A DNA stretch of 64,000 bases. Source: Roseiarcus sp. (lineage in GTDB: Bacteria > Pseudomonadota > Alphaproteobacteria > Rhizobiales > Beijerinckiaceae). Positions 40,592-54,796 of this stretch are shown here, piece after piece. Every line of letters starts with the position of its first letter. Position 1 is the stretch's first letter. The position numbers and the translations under genes were made by a program. The stretch is from positions 5,441 through 69,440 of the forward strand of contig JBEKBD010000001.1 in the NCBI GenBank assembly GCA_050015575.1, read 5' to 3'. Below the pieces are notes generated by a model. It had not been told where the DNA came from. It made no database searches and saw only the letters and a list, made by a program, of their open reading frames with translations.

Positions 40592-41362
40592 ATGTCCGAC
40601 TATGACCGCTCTGCCAACGCCCGCGCCGGCGCTGGCGTCGTCCGGTCCGGCGCCGGCGTCATCGACCAGGGCCTGCGCGCCTATATGATCGGCGTATACA
40701 ACTACATGACGCTCGGTCTCGGGATGACCGGGTTGATCGCGTGGGGGGCTTTCCAATTGGCGGACGTGACGTTCGTCGGCGGTCGGCCGATTTCCGCCAG
40801 CGCATTCGGTCAGGCCATCTACTTTTCGCAGCTGCGCTGGTTGGTCGTCCTGTCGCCGTTGGCGCTCGTGTTCTATCTGACGGCGCGGCTCAACACGATG
40901 TCGGTCGCATCGGCGCGCACCGCGTTTCTGGCGTTCGCCGGGCTCATCGGCCTGTCGATGTCGGCGCTGCTGGTGGTGTACACGGAGGGCTCGATCGCGC
41001 GCGTGTTCTTCGAGACCGCGGCGGCTTTCGGCGCCTTGAGCCTTTACGGCTATACGACGCGCCGCAGCCTTTCGGCGATGGGTTCGTTCATGATGATGGG
41101 CCTGTTCGGGCTGATCATCGCCAGCGTCGTCAACCTCTTCCTGCAGAGCAGCGGCCTGCAATGGGCGCTTTCGATCGTCGGCATCGGCATCTTCGCCGGC
41201 CTGACCGCCTGGGACACGCAGGCGATCAAGGAGAATTACGCCGCCGGCGACGCCTATGAAACCTCGGAGAAAAAGTCGATCTTCGGAGCGTTGAAGCTCT
41301 ATCTCGACTTCATCAATATGTTCCAGATGCTGCTCATGCTCTCCGGCAGCCGCCGGAGCTGA
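40592..41362 (+). CDS. Bax inhibitor-1/YccA (YbhL) family membrane protein
   Basis: DQGLRAYMIGVYNYM, YGYTTRRSLS, GLTAWDTQAIK, GALKLYLDFINMF. Confidence 0.92.
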   Translation: MSDYDRSANARAGAGVVRSGAGVIDQGLRAYMIGVYNYMTLGLGMTGLIAWGAFQLADVTFVGGRPISASAFGQAIYFSQLRWLVVLSPLALVFYLTARLNTMSVASARTAFLAFAGLIGLSMSALLVVYTEGSIARVFFETAAAFGALSLYGYTTRRSLSAMGSFMMMGLFGLIIASVVNLFLQSSGLQWALSIVGIGIFAGLTAWDTQAIKENYAAGDAYETSEKKSIFGALKLYLDFINMFQMLLMLSGSRRS

Positions 41363-41382
41363 GCCGGCGAGCGAAGCAACGA

Positions 41383-41419
41383 GCCCCGGCCCGCGCGCAG
41401 CGGACCGGAGCTTTTTTTT
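41383..41419 (+). terminator. Rho-independent terminator
   Basis: GC hairpin (CCGGCCCGC/GCGGACCGG) followed by eight T. Confidence 0.75.
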
Positions 41420-41524
41420 GTGGTGGACCGCCGCCGGCAAGACCCGCGTCTTGAGGATGAGCCTTCGCCGAAAGCGCGCTTCGCCGTCGCGGGCGGCGCG
41501 CCGAAGGTCGACAAAGACCGACAG

Positions 41525-41548
41525 ATTAGCTATCTTTGGTTAGCTAAT
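41525..41548. promoter_or_regulatory. Operator of the phd-vapC module
   Basis: ATTAGCTA-N8-TAGCTAAT perfect inverted repeat, 9 bp before the ATG. Confidence 0.65.
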
Positions 41549-41557
41549 GAGCAAGCC

Positions 41558-41788
41558 ATGGAAACCATTACAATTCACGCCGCCAAAACGCGTCTGTCGC
41601 AATTGCTCGCCCGCGTGGAAGCGGGCGAGGAGATTGTTTTGGCGCGCGGCAAGCATCCAATCGCCAAACTCGTGCCTTTCGTTCCAGCGCCAGCTATGCG
41701 GCAATTCGGGGCGCTACGCGGAACGCTGACCGTCGGGCCCGAATTTTTCGAGCCGCTGCCTGCCGAGGAATTGGCCGCGTGGGAGTAG
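41558..41788 (+). CDS. Phd/YefM family antitoxin
   Basis: TIHAAKTRLSQLLARVEAGEEIVLARGKHPIAKLVP. Confidence 0.9.
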   Translation: METITIHAAKTRLSQLLARVEAGEEIVLARGKHPIAKLVPFVPAPAMRQFGALRGTLTVGPEFFEPLPAEELAAWE

Positions 41789-41792
41789 CGAC

Positions 41793-42179
41793 GTGCGATT
41801 GCTGCTCGACACGCACGCTTTCCTGTGGTGGCTTGCCGGCGACGAGGCTCTTTCGGACGCGGCGCGGACCGCAATAGCCGCCGAAGGCAACGACATTTTC
41901 GTCAGCGCCGCCTCGGCTTGGGAAATTGCGACCAAGCATCGCATCGGCAAACTGCCCGGCGCCGCCGCGATCGTGGCCGACCTCGGCGCCGTGATCGACG
42001 GCCAGGGTTTCATCGCTCTGCCGATCAGCGTTCGTCATGGGCAAGCCACAGGGGCGCTGCCCGGACCTCATCGCGACCCGTTCGACCGGATGCTGATCGC
42101 GCAGTCCATGTTGGAAGATCTCGTGCTCGTCTCCAACGAACACGCCTTCGACGCCTACGGGGCGGCGCGATTGTGGTGA
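41793..42179 (+). CDS. vapC: VapC PIN-domain toxin
   Basis: LLLDTHAFLWW, VSAASAWEIATK, HRDPFDRMLIAQ. Confidence 0.92.
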   Translation: MRLLLDTHAFLWWLAGDEALSDAARTAIAAEGNDIFVSAASAWEIATKHRIGKLPGAAAIVADLGAVIDGQGFIALPISVRHGQATGALPGPHRDPFDRMLIAQSMLEDLVLVSNEHAFDAYGAARLW

Positions 42180-42208
42180 GGTGCGGCGAACAGTCGAGCC
42201 GCGGTCCT

Positions 42209-43024
42209 TCAACTCGCTGAATTCCCCAGCACGTCGGCCATCGAATAGAGCCCCGGCTTGCGGCCGCGCGCCCACAGCGCCGCCTTGATGGCGCCGGGTA
42301 CGAACAGAGAGCGATCCTCGGCGTGATGGGAAAGCACGACGCGTTCGCCATTGCCGGCGAAGACGACGCTGTGATCGCCGACCACCGTGCCGCCGCGCAA
42401 CGAGGCGAAGCCGATCGCCCCCGGCTTGCGGGGGCCGGTGACGCCGTCGCGCCCGCGCTCCGAATGGCCGCTCAAGGTCAGGCCGCGCCCCTCGGCGGCC
42501 GCTTCGCCGAGCATCAGCGCAGTGCCCGACGGGGCGTCGACCTTCATGCGATGGTGCATTTCGACGATTTCGATGTCGAACTCCGGCCCCAGCGCGCGCG
42601 CGGCGTCGCGCACCAGCCGCGCCAAGAGATTGACGCCGAGGCTCATGTTGCCCGAGCGCACGATCGGCGCGTCGCGCGCCGCGGCGGCGAGGCTCGTCAG
42701 ATCGTCCGCGGAAAGGCCGGTGGTGCCGACGACGAGGGCGACGCGCGCCCGGGCGACGAGCGCGGCGATCGCGCGCGTCGCCGCCGGAGCGGAAAAGTCG
42801 ATCACGCCGTCGGCGTTCGCCAAGGCGGCGGCGGGATCGCTGGAGATCGGCGTCCCCGACGCCCCGACGCCGGCCACGAGCCCCGCGTCCTGGCCGAGAG
42901 CGGGCGAGTCCGCGCGCTCGATCGCGCCGCTCAAGACGACGCCCGGCGCTTCCGCGATCGCCTTGACGAGCATCTTCCCCATGCGCCCGGCGGCGCCGGT
43001 CACGACTAGCCGCATATCATCCAT
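42209..43024 (-). CDS. dapB: 4-hydroxy-tetrahydrodipicolinate reductase
   Basis: [48 protein letters not shown]. Confidence 0.96.
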   Translation of the reverse strand: MDDMRLVVTGAAGRMGKMLVKAIAEAPGVVLSGAIERADSPALGQDAGLVAGVGASGTPISSDPAAALANADGVIDFSAPAATRAIAALVARARVALVVGTTGLSADDLTSLAAAARDAPIVRSGNMSLGVNLLARLVRDAARALGPEFDIEIVEMHHRMKVDAPSGTALMLGEAAAEGRGLTLSGHSERGRDGVTGPRKPGAIGFASLRGGTVVGDHSVVFAGNGERVVLSHHAEDRSLFVPGAIKAALWARGRKPGLYSMADVLGNSAS

Positions 43025-43045
43025 GGCTTTCCTCGAACTTTCCCT

Positions 43046-43354
43046 TCAGCCCGGTTGCGGCCCGTCGTAGCCTTCGACGATGACGAGATCGCCTTGCGAG
43101 ACGGGCTCCTCCCGCAACGCCCGCGCGCGGCGATAGTCCTCCGACTGGTAGCAAGCCAGCGCCGTCGCGTAATCCCTAAACTCGATGACGACGTGCCGGG
43201 AGCGCAGCGTTCCTTCCTTGCGCTCGTTCCGGCCCGCGCGCACGAGAAACCGCCCGCCATACTTGGCGAAGGGAATGGCGTTGGCGGCGAGATAGGCCTT
43301 GTAGGCTTCCGTATCGGCGACGTCGACGTGCGCGATCCAATAACCCTTGGCCAC
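43046..43354 (-). CDS. DUF1330 family protein
   Basis: KGYWIAHVDV, KYGGRFLVRAG, RHVVIEF, CYQSEDY, IVEGY. Confidence 0.9.
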   Translation of the reverse strand: MAKGYWIAHVDVADTEAYKAYLAANAIPFAKYGGRFLVRAGRNERKEGTLRSRHVVIEFRDYATALACYQSEDYRRARALREEPVSQGDLVIVEGYDGPQPG

Positions 43355-43355
43355 G

Positions 43356-43439
43356 TCAGGCGCCCTCCGTCAGCGCCGTCTCGATTTCGGCCGTGGGCTC
43401 GGCGACGTCGACGCGCGAAACGACATAGCCTTCGAGCAT
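43356..43439 (-). pseudogene. 27-codon ORF resembling a DUF1330 N-terminus (duplication scar or small ORF)
   Basis: SD GGAGAG, then MLEGYVVSRVDVAEPTAEIETALTEGA; compare MAKGYWIAHVDVADT of the next gene. Stop is 1 nt before its GTG. Confidence 0.45.
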
Positions 43440-43496
43440 CGGTCTCTCCGGTCCGTTTGGCGCCGCAAGAGTAGCGCGCGCGCGTAGGAGCGCAAG

Positions 43497-44219
43497 TCAA
43501 AGCGCGGCGGCGATGTCGGCGACGATCCGCCGCGCGGCGGCCCGGGGATCGCCGCTTTGCGTCACCGGGCGCCCGACGACGAGGTAGTCGGCGCCGGCGG
43601 CGATCGCCTCAGCCGGCGTCGCGACGCGTTTCTGGTCGCCGAGGGAAGCGCCCGCGGGGCGAATGCCCGGCGTGACCAGAAGCAGCGAATCGCCGACCGC
43701 GGCGCGGAGCGTCGCCGTCTCCGCGGCGCTGGCGACGAGCCCATCGACGCCGGCCGCCTGCGCCTGCGCGGCGCGGCGCGCGACCAGCGCCCGGACACCC
43801 GAGGCGTAGCCGGCCTCGGCGAGATCGGCGTCGTCGCAGGAAGTGAGAACCGTAACCGCCAGCAGCTTCAGCGAAGAACCCTCGGCGCCGGCCGCCGCCG
43901 CGCGCATCGTCTGGGGATAGGCGTGGACGGTGAGAAAATAGGCGCCGAGCCGGGCGATTTGCGCGGTCGCGCGCTCGACCGTGTTGGGGATGTCGTGCAG
44001 CTTGAGGTCGACGAAAACCTTCTTGCCCGCCGCCGCCAATTTTGGCGCGAGACCCAAGCCGCCGCCGTAGGCGAGCTCCATGCCGATCTTATAGAATCGC
44101 ACGCTGTCGCCGAGTTCGGCGATCAGGCGCTCGGCCTCGATTGGGTCGGGCGCGTCGAGCGCGACGATCAAGCGGTCGTGGGGATCGATGAACTCGGTGC
44201 GGCGCCGCGGGGCGTTCAT
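43497..44219 (-). CDS. pyrF: Orotidine-5'-phosphate decarboxylase
   Basis: [48 protein letters not shown]. Confidence 0.96.
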   Translation of the reverse strand: MNAPRRRTEFIDPHDRLIVALDAPDPIEAERLIAELGDSVRFYKIGMELAYGGGLGLAPKLAAAGKKVFVDLKLHDIPNTVERATAQIARLGAYFLTVHAYPQTMRAAAAGAEGSSLKLLAVTVLTSCDDADLAEAGYASGVRALVARRAAQAQAAGVDGLVASAAETATLRAAVGDSLLLVTPGIRPAGASLGDQKRVATPAEAIAAGADYLVVGRPVTQSGDPRAAARRIVADIAAAL

Positions 44220-44926
44220 CGGGCGGGGAGACGGTCGCCGCGCAACCAGTGGCGGGCGCGCCGGCGGATTCGCGCGGCCAAGGGTTCGGCGGACGCGGCG
44301 TTGGCGTCGGCGCGATAGGTCCACACCCGCGCCGGCGGCAGGTTGCGCCAGATCGGCGCGCCGCAATGGGCGGAAAACCGCTTGGCGCAGGCCTGGCGCG
44401 GAATCGGCGACGCGAGGCCATAGGTGAACTGGACGAGAACGCCGTCCGGTCCCATCAGCGCGAAAGCGTCTTCGATCAGCTTGAGCCGCAGGGCGGGCGG
44501 CTGATTGAGCAACGGCAGGCTCGAAACCACCGCGGCGATCGGCCGTCCGGCGAATTCCGCCAGCGTGCGCTCGAGGTCGTAGGCGTCGCCCTGCACGATC
44601 CGGACCGCCGCGAAGCGCTGCGCGAGCAGGCGGCAGAAGCCATCGTCGTATTCGACCAGCACCAGGCGCTCGCGCGCGACGCCGCGTTCGATCAGGGCCC
44701 GCGTCACCGGGCCGGTTCCGGGGCCGAGCTCCACGACGAGGCCGTCGCCGCTGGGATCGACGAAGCGCGCCATCGCGCGCGCGAGGCGCCGCCCGGAGGG
44801 CGCCACGGCGCCGGTCAAGCGCGGGCTTTCGAACAAGGCCTTGAGGAAGCGCGTGTGGTCGCCGAGCGGCCGCTCGGCGCGGCGAGCGGCCAAATCGAAG
44901 GGAAATCTCGGCGAAGAATGGCCCAT
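44216..44926 (-). CDS. pmtA: Phospholipid N-methyltransferase
   Basis: [43 protein letters not shown]. Position after dnaJ as in rhizobia. Confidence 0.88.
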   Translation of the reverse strand: MGHSSPRFPFDLAARRAERPLGDHTRFLKALFESPRLTGAVAPSGRRLARAMARFVDPSGDGLVVELGPGTGPVTRALIERGVARERLVLVEYDDGFCRLLAQRFAAVRIVQGDAYDLERTLAEFAGRPIAAVVSSLPLLNQPPALRLKLIEDAFALMGPDGVLVQFTYGLASPIPRQACAKRFSAHCGAPIWRNLPPARVWTYRADANAASAEPLAARIRRRARHWLRGDRLPAR

Positions 44927-44988
44927 GGTCGTTCCGCTGCGCGTTGGCCGTCGGCTCGCCCGCGCCGCTGCGGACGCGTCGGCTCGAG

Positions 44989-46107
44989 TCAATTCAGCCC
45001 TTCGAAGAATTCTTTCATCTTGGCGAAGAAACCGGAGCTCTCGGGCTGGGTCTTGTGCGTCGACTCGGCCTCGAACTCCGCCAGCAGTTCGCGCTGCCGG
45101 CGCGTCAAATTTTGCGGCGTTTCGACGTTGGCCTGGATGTAAAGATCGCCGAAATCGTGCGAGCGCAGGACTGGCATGCCCTTGCCGCGCAGCCGCATCT
45201 GATGCCCCGATTGCACGCCCTCGGGTATGCGCACCTTGGCCTCGCCGCCGTCGAGCGTGCGCACCACGAATTCGCCGCCGAGCGCCGCCTGCACCATCGA
45301 GATCGGCACTCGGCAATAGAGATCGGCGCCGTCGCGTTGGAAGAACGGGTGCGGCTTGATCGCGAGGAAAATGTAAAGATCGCCCGCGGCCCCGCCGCGC
45401 AGGCCCGCTTCGCCCTCGCCGGAAAGACGGATGCGCGTGCCGTCCTCGACCCCCGCCGGCAGGTTGACCGAAAGCGTGCGTTCGCGCGTCACGCGGCCGG
45501 AGCCGCCGCATCTTTCGCAGGGGTTTTCGATGATCTGGCCGCGCCCGCCGCAACTCGGGCAGGTTCGTTCGATGGCGAAAAAGCCCTGCTGGGCGCGCAC
45601 CCGCCCATGCCCGGCGCAGGTCTTGCAGATCGCCGGCTTCGACCCCGCCTTGGCGCCCGAGCCGGCGCAGCCTTCGCAAGTCGCCAAGGTCGGCAGCTTA
45701 ATCGTCGCCGTTCTGCCGTTGTAGGCTTCCTCGAGGGTGATCTCGAGATTGTAGCGAATGTCGCCGCCGCGCTCTTTGCCGGAGGCGCTGCGAGGCCCGC
45801 GGCGGCCCATGATGTCGCCGAACAGATCGTCGAAGATATCCGACATGGAGGCGGCGAAGCCCTCGTTCATCCCTCCGCCCGCTTCGAAAGCCGCGTGGCC
45901 GTAACGATCGTAGGCGGCCCGTTTCTGGCTGTCGGAAAGGTGCTGATAGGCCTCGTTGAGTTCCTTGAACCGCGTTTCGGCCTGCTTGTCGCCGGGATGG
46001 CGGTCGGGATGGCATTGCATCGCCGCCTTGCGGAACGCCGCCTTCAGCTCCGCGTCGGTGGCGGTCCGGGCGACCCCTAGGGTTTCATAGAAATCGCGCT
46101 TGGCCAC
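44989..46107 (-). CDS. dnaJ: Chaperone DnaJ
   Basis: J domain with HPD, G/F region, four CxxCxGxG repeats. GTG start chosen ([10 protein letters not shown]). Confidence 0.96.
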   Translation of the reverse strand: MAKRDFYETLGVARTATDAELKAAFRKAAMQCHPDRHPGDKQAETRFKELNEAYQHLSDSQKRAAYDRYGHAAFEAGGGMNEGFAASMSDIFDDLFGDIMGRRGPRSASGKERGGDIRYNLEITLEEAYNGRTATIKLPTLATCEGCAGSGAKAGSKPAICKTCAGHGRVRAQQGFFAIERTCPSCGGRGQIIENPCERCGGSGRVTRERTLSVNLPAGVEDGTRIRLSGEGEAGLRGGAAGDLYIFLAIKPHPFFQRDGADLYCRVPISMVQAALGGEFVVRTLDGGEAKVRIPEGVQSGHQMRLRGKGMPVLRSHDFGDLYIQANVETPQNLTRRQRELLAEFEAESTHKTQPESSGFFAKMKEFFEGLN

Positions 46108-46138
46108 GTCGTCAGCAACCCGGTTTTTCCTAGAGGCG

Positions 46139-46310
46139 CCCGGCTCGGTCACCTATGAAGAGCCGGGGCCGCTTCGTCAATCGCCCGCGAAGGTCTCGGC
46201 AAAGTCCCGATCGCGCCTCGCGCAGGCCGCGTCGCCGCGACGACTGCGCCCTCCCCTCTCGCCAGGTCGAGCGCGCCCCTTCGCCGCGCTCTCGGCAAAG
46301 AGGGGCGCGC
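46139..46310 (-). other. Two intergenic hairpins between dnaK and dnaJ
   Basis: Stems 46139-46/46160-67 (8 bp) and 46271-80/46301-10 (10 bp). Confidence 0.5.
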
Positions 46311-46327
46311 GCGAACCCAAGCGATCG

Positions 46328-48244
<1,917 letters not shown>

Positions 48245-48415
48245 TGTCTCATTCCTAACTGTTTCGCGAGACCGCGAGGCCCCGAAGCGGCCTGGCTATG
48301 GAAACGCGCGATCCTTTCCAGAAGCTGGACGGCGACGCGCGCCCCGGTCCCCGATGCACGGTTTCTCTTTCCGCAGGCGAGACTTTCTTGCCCCTACGCT
48401 GCTTAGGTGGCGCGT

Positions 48416-48444
48416 ATATAAGAGGGGCCCTACACCGGCGCAAG
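48416..48444 (-). promoter_or_regulatory. RpoH-type heat-shock promoter of dnaK
   Basis: CTTG-N18-CTTATAT, matching the alphaproteobacterial sigma32 pattern CTTG-N17/18-CyTATnT. Confidence 0.65.
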
Positions 48445-48553
48445 GCGCCGAACGGCCTTCGGGCGGCGAGAAATCTCGAGCTTCGTCCCCGATCTCGACG
48501 CCTGCGCCCGCTCGACGCTTCCCATTTCTCCCGTCCGATTCTAAGCTCCGTTG

Positions 48554-49312
48554 ATGACGCGGTTTCCGATCGCCCTGCTGGGCGTCCTGGCGATGAGTTG
48601 CGGCCTCGCCCACGCGCAACTCGTCTTGCCCGGGGCCGTCGGCTCGCCGACGTCCTCGGCCGACTTCGCCTCGAGCGAAGCCGCCGTCGTCGGCCGGCCG
48701 CTTCGGCTCGACGGGAACCAGGGTCAATTATTGCTGTCGACCCACGGCAAACTTCTGCGCATCGACAAGTTCAGCCTGCCCGGCGAGGTGATTTCGACCC
48801 CCTCGCGAAAGTGCCTGATCGAAATCATCGGCAAAGCGCCGATCGAGACCAAGAGCCTGGGGCGGCCCGACGGATTGGCAAGGTACGAGGCGCAAATCCC
48901 GGCTTGCCCGTTTTCCTTCGACGTGCTCGACGGCGCGGTCCTGGTGCCGGCGCAAAACGCGGCGTGCGTCTTCCAGGCGGCCGATTGTCAGGCGAGCCCC
49001 AGCGGCCTCTGGGGACCGGACGCCGCCAGTCTGGAAAGCGACGCCAAATCGATCGAGCGTCAACGCGCGCTCGCCGAAACCGCGGCGGCGGGCTTCCTTC
49101 ATGCGCTCGAGACGCGGCTGAAAGGCACGCCCGAGGCCGAAGACGTGGCGCGCGAGCAGAGCGATTTCATCGCGCGACGGGACGACGTTTGTCGCGATTA
49201 CGACAAGGAATCCGACCACGGATACTGCGCCTCGCGGATGGCGCAGTCGCGCGCGGCGCTGCTCAAGGCGCGCATCGACGCGCTCGACCGGCGCCCCGCC
49301 GCCCCGGATTGA
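48554..49312 (+). CDS. Secreted Cys-containing protein with LprI/DUF1311-like C-terminus
   Basis: Signal peptide ending AHA-Q; C-terminal EQSDFIARRDDVC...YCASRMAQSRAALL. Confidence 0.65.
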   Translation: MTRFPIALLGVLAMSCGLAHAQLVLPGAVGSPTSSADFASSEAAVVGRPLRLDGNQGQLLLSTHGKLLRIDKFSLPGEVISTPSRKCLIEIIGKAPIETKSLGRPDGLARYEAQIPACPFSFDVLDGAVLVPAQNAACVFQAADCQASPSGLWGPDAASLESDAKSIERQRALAETAAAGFLHALETRLKGTPEAEDVAREQSDFIARRDDVCRDYDKESDHGYCASRMAQSRAALLKARIDALDRRPAAPD

Positions 49313-51028
<1,716 letters not shown>

Positions 51029-51181
51029 AGCGCCGCCGACAGCCCACGGGGCGATCGAACCCGGGCTTACGGAACGCGACCGCGGCGCGGCGACGCCAAT
51101 TTGGCTGAAATCGCGATTCGGCTTATGTCGGGGCGACTTTTTCACGCGATCGATCGCGCCGCGCCGAGGAGAACTGGCCCG

Positions 51182-52594
51182 ATGAAATTGCCGAGCGAGC
51201 TTGGCCCCATTCATTTCGTCGGCATCGGCGGCATCGGCATGTCCGGCATCGCCGAGGTGCTGATCAACCTCGGCTACAAGGTCCAGGGCTCGGACGCGAG
51301 CGACAACGCCAACGTCAAGCGGCTGCGCGACAAGGGCGCCAGCGTGTTCGTCGGCCATGACGCGGAACACCTCGGCGAAGCCGCGGTCGTGGTCGTCTCG
51401 ACCGCGATTAAGCGCGACAACCCTGAGCTGACGGCGGCGCGCTCGCGGCGCATTCCCGTGGTGCGGCGCGCCGAAATGCTCGCCGAGCTGATGCGCCTCA
51501 GGCAATGCGTCGCCATCGCCGGCACCCACGGCAAGACCACCACCACCTCGCTGGTGGCGACGCTGCTCGACGCGGCCGGGTTCGACCCCACCGTGATCAA
51601 CGGCGGCATCATCAACGCCTACGGCACAAACGCGCGGCTCGGCGCCGGCGACTGGATGGTGGTCGAAGCCGACGAGAGCGACGGCACGTTCCTTAAACTG
51701 CCCGCCGACGTCGCCATCGTCACCAACATCGATCCCGAACATCTCGATCACTTCAAGACCTTCGAGGCGATCAAGGACGCCTTTCTGGCGTTCGTCGAGA
51801 ACCTGCCGTTCTACGGCTTCGCGGTGATGTGCCTCGACCATCCGACGGTGCAGGAGCTGGTCGGACGCATCGAGGACCGCCGCGTCATCACCTACGGCGC
51901 GAACCCGCAGGCCGACGTGCGCCTGCTCGACGTCGATCTCGCCGGCGGCGCGACGCGCTTTTCCGTGCTGATCCGCGACCGCCAGACCGGCCAAGAGACC
52001 GCTATCGACGATCTCGTCCTGCCGATGCCCGGCCGCCACAACGCGCTCAACGCCGCCGCGGCGATCGCGGTCGCGCACGAACTGAAGGCGCCGGTCGCGA
52101 CGATCCGCAAGGCGATCGCCTCGTTCGGCGGCGTCAAACGCCGCTTCACCCGCACCGGCGAATGGAACGGCGCGACGATCATCGACGACTACGGCCACCA
52201 CCCCGTCGAGATCGCCGCCGTGCTCAGCGCCGCGCGCGCCGCAACCAAGGGCCACGTGATCGCGGTGGTGCAGCCGCATCGCTACACCCGCCTGCAATCG
52301 CTGTTCGATTCTTTCGCCTTGTGCTTCAACGACGCCGACATCGTGATCGTCGCCGACGTCTATCCCGCCGGCGAGGCGCCGATCGCCGGCGTCGACAAGC
52401 AGGCGCTCGCCGCGGCGATCGACGCTCACGGCCATCGCCACGCCATCGCGCTGCCCTCGCCGGACAAGCTCGCCGACGTCATCCATGAAATCGCCAAGCC
52501 GGGCGACATGGTCGTCTGCCTCGGCGCCGGCAGCGTCAGCCAATGGGCCTATGCGCTGCCGGGAGAATTGGCGGCGCTGGAGAACAAGGCATGA
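51182..52594 (+). CDS. murC: UDP-N-acetylmuramate--L-alanine ligase
   Basis: [50 protein letters not shown]. Confidence 0.97.
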   Translation: MKLPSELGPIHFVGIGGIGMSGIAEVLINLGYKVQGSDASDNANVKRLRDKGASVFVGHDAEHLGEAAVVVVSTAIKRDNPELTAARSRRIPVVRRAEMLAELMRLRQCVAIAGTHGKTTTTSLVATLLDAAGFDPTVINGGIINAYGTNARLGAGDWMVVEADESDGTFLKLPADVAIVTNIDPEHLDHFKTFEAIKDAFLAFVENLPFYGFAVMCLDHPTVQELVGRIEDRRVITYGANPQADVRLLDVDLAGGATRFSVLIRDRQTGQETAIDDLVLPMPGRHNALNAAAAIAVAHELKAPVATIRKAIASFGGVKRRFTRTGEWNGATIIDDYGHHPVEIAAVLSAARAATKGHVIAVVQPHRYTRLQSLFDSFALCFNDADIVIVADVYPAGEAPIAGVDKQALAAAIDAHGHRHAIALPSPDKLADVIHEIAKPGDMVVCLGAGSVSQWAYALPGELAALENKA

Positions 52595-53295
52595 CGCGAA
52601 GAAGCGCGCTGGCGCTCCGGCACGTCGCGTTCGAAGACGTCGGCGTCTGGGCCGAGACGCTCGACGCGCACGGCTACGATCTCGCCTATGTCGAGGTCGG
52701 TCCGCGGCCGTTGCCGCTCGAGCGCATCCAGGCGTGCGATCTGGCGATCGTCCTCGGCGCGCCGATCGGCGTCTACGAGACGGACGCGTATCCGTTCCTG
52801 GTCGAGGAGATCGCCGCGATCGGGCGCCGCCTCGCCGCGCGCCGGCCGACGCTCGGCGTCTGCCTCGGAGCGCAACTTATGGCGACGACGCTCGGCGCCC
52901 GGGTCGCGCCGGGGCCGGGCAAAGAGATCGGCTACGCGCCGGTCGAGCTTCTCCCGGCCGCGAAGGGCTCGCCGCTCGCGGCGATCGCAGGCGTGAACGT
53001 GCTCCATTGGCACGGCGACGCGTTCGACCTGCCGAGCGGCGGCGAGCGACTCGCCGCCACCGCGCTCTGCCCGAACCAGGCGTTCCGCCTCGGCGACTGG
53101 GCGCTGGCGCTGCAGTTCCACGTCGAGGCCGACCCGGAGGCGATCGAGTCCTGGCTGATCGGCCATGCCGTCGAATTGGCCAAGGCGGGGATCGATCCGC
53201 GCGCGATTCGCGCCGACGCGCGGCGCTACGGCCCCGCCATCGCCGCGGCGGGCCGCCGCGTTCTCGACGCCTGGCTGGCGGCGCCGCCGTCATGA
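52591..53295 (+). CDS. Class I glutamine amidotransferase-like protein (GuaA/YfeJ-type)
   Basis: [15 protein letters not shown] nucleophile Cys, LHWHGD, LQFHVE His-x-Glu. ATGA overlaps at both ends. Confidence 0.88.
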   Translation: MTRRSALALRHVAFEDVGVWAETLDAHGYDLAYVEVGPRPLPLERIQACDLAIVLGAPIGVYETDAYPFLVEEIAAIGRRLAARRPTLGVCLGAQLMATTLGARVAPGPGKEIGYAPVELLPAAKGSPLAAIAGVNVLHWHGDAFDLPSGGERLAATALCPNQAFRLGDWALALQFHVEADPEAIESWLIGHAVELAKAGIDPRAIRADARRYGPAIAAAGRRVLDAWLAAPPS

Positions 53296-54248
53296 CCGGC
53301 GGCCGCGCCAGCCTCGTCGACCGCCTGCGCGCGCTCGCGCCGACCTTGCGCGGCAAACTCGCCGCCGACGTCTCGCTCGCGCCTTACACCTGGTTCCGCG
53401 TCGGCGGCCCTGCCGAGGCGCTCTATTCGCCGGCCGACGAGGACGACCTCGCCAATCTCATGCAAAAGCTGCCGCGGGAAATTCCGGTGCTGGCGATCGG
53501 CCTCGGCTCGAACCTGATCGTGCGCGACGGCGGCGTGCGCGGCGTGGTGGTTCGCCTCGGCGGCAAGGCGTTCGGCGCCATCGAAACCACGCCCGACTTT
53601 CGCCTCGTCGCCGGCGCGGCGGCGCTCGACGCGCAAGTTGCGCGCGCGGCCGCGGAAGCGGGCGTCGACGGGTTGGCGTTCTTTCGCGGCGTGCCCGGCT
53701 CGATCGGCGGCGCGCTGCGGATGAACGCGGGCGCGCACGGCGGCGAGACGCGCGATGCGTTGATCGAAGCGCGCGGGATCGACCGCGCCGGCGGGCTCCG
53801 CGTCTTTTCCAACGAGGCGATGGGTTTCTCCTATCGCCACAGCGGCGCGCCTGGCGACGTGATCTTCACCCGCGCCGCGTTTCAGGGACGCCCCGGCGAT
53901 CCCGCCGCGATCAAGGCGGAAATGGAGCGCATCACGGCGGAGCGCGAAGCCTCGCAGCCGATCCGCGAGAAGACCGGCGGCTCGACGTTCAAGAACCCGC
54001 CGGGCGCCAAGGCTTGGGCGTTGATCGACGCCGCTGGTTGCCGCGGCTTGCGCATCGGCGACGCCGAAGTCTCGACGATGCACTGCAACTTCCTCGTCAA
54101 CCGCGGCGCGGCGAGCGCCGCCGACATCGAGGCGCTCGGCGAGGAGGTGCGCCGGCGGGTGAAGGCGATGAGCGGGGTCGAGCTGGAGTGGGAAATCCAT
54201 CGGGTGGGAACGGTCGGCGACGCGAACCGCCGCCATGGCGGGGCGTGA
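53292..54248 (+). CDS. murB: UDP-N-acetylenolpyruvoylglucosamine reductase
   Basis: [40 protein letters not shown]...[16 protein letters not shown]. Confidence 0.96.
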   Translation: MTGGRASLVDRLRALAPTLRGKLAADVSLAPYTWFRVGGPAEALYSPADEDDLANLMQKLPREIPVLAIGLGSNLIVRDGGVRGVVVRLGGKAFGAIETTPDFRLVAGAAALDAQVARAAAEAGVDGLAFFRGVPGSIGGALRMNAGAHGGETRDALIEARGIDRAGGLRVFSNEAMGFSYRHSGAPGDVIFTRAAFQGRPGDPAAIKAEMERITAEREASQPIREKTGGSTFKNPPGAKAWALIDAAGCRGLRIGDAEVSTMHCNFLVNRGAASAADIEALGEEVRRRVKAMSGVELEWEIHRVGTVGDANRRHGGA

Positions 54249-54289
54249 CTCCCCGGGCGCTCATGCGCCCCGCGCGCGAGTCGTCGCGC

Positions 54290-54796
54290 CTACGCCCGTT
54301 TTCTCAGCCACGGCCGCGTCCCCGCCGGCGCTTCGCGCGGCGCGACGCTCGGTTGGTAGAACAGCGAGGGCGCCGGGACATGTCCCGCGCGAAGCGCGCG
54401 CAAGGTCGGCGGATCGGCGATTTCGAACGAGGTGAAGCCGCAGCGCTGCATCAGTGCGATTTCGTCGAGCAGCACTTCGCCGGTCGCGCGCAGTTCGCCG
54501 GCGAAGCCGAGGCGTTCGCGCAGCAATTCGGCATAGGAGAACGCGCGGCCGTCGGCGAATTTGGCGAAGTTGAGAGCGACCAACGGCCGCTTCGCCGCTT
54601 CTGCCAGTTGCGTTGGCGCGTCCTTGCCGGCGGCGATGGCGACCCCGACGGGGTCGGCGCGGGCGCTCAAGGCGTCGCGTTCCGCGCTCCAGCGCGCGAA
54701 GGAAACGATGATCGCGCCCGTCGCGGGCGCCGGCTCGGCGTCGTCGAGGTATCTCCACGAATCTTCGGCGAAGCCGCCGTCGCGCCACAGAGCCAT
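54290..54796 (-). CDS. DUF934 family protein (sulfite reductase-associated)
   Basis: LNFAKFADGRAFSYAELLRERLGFAGELRATGEVLLD...RCGF...FYQP. Confidence 0.88.
   Translation of the reverse strand: MALWRDGGFAEDSWRYLDDAEPAPATGAIIVSFARWSAERDALSARADPVGVAIAAGKDAPTQLAEAAKRPLVALNFAKFADGRAFSYAELLRERLGFAGELRATGEVLLDEIALMQRCGFTSFEIADPPTLRALRAGHVPAPSLFYQPSVAPREAPAGTRPWLRKRA

Noticed and set aside
48245-48550. CIRCE element before dnaK (also sought before grpE)
   Set aside because: No TTAGCACTC-N9-GAGTGCTAA found; only an RpoH-type promoter is visible.
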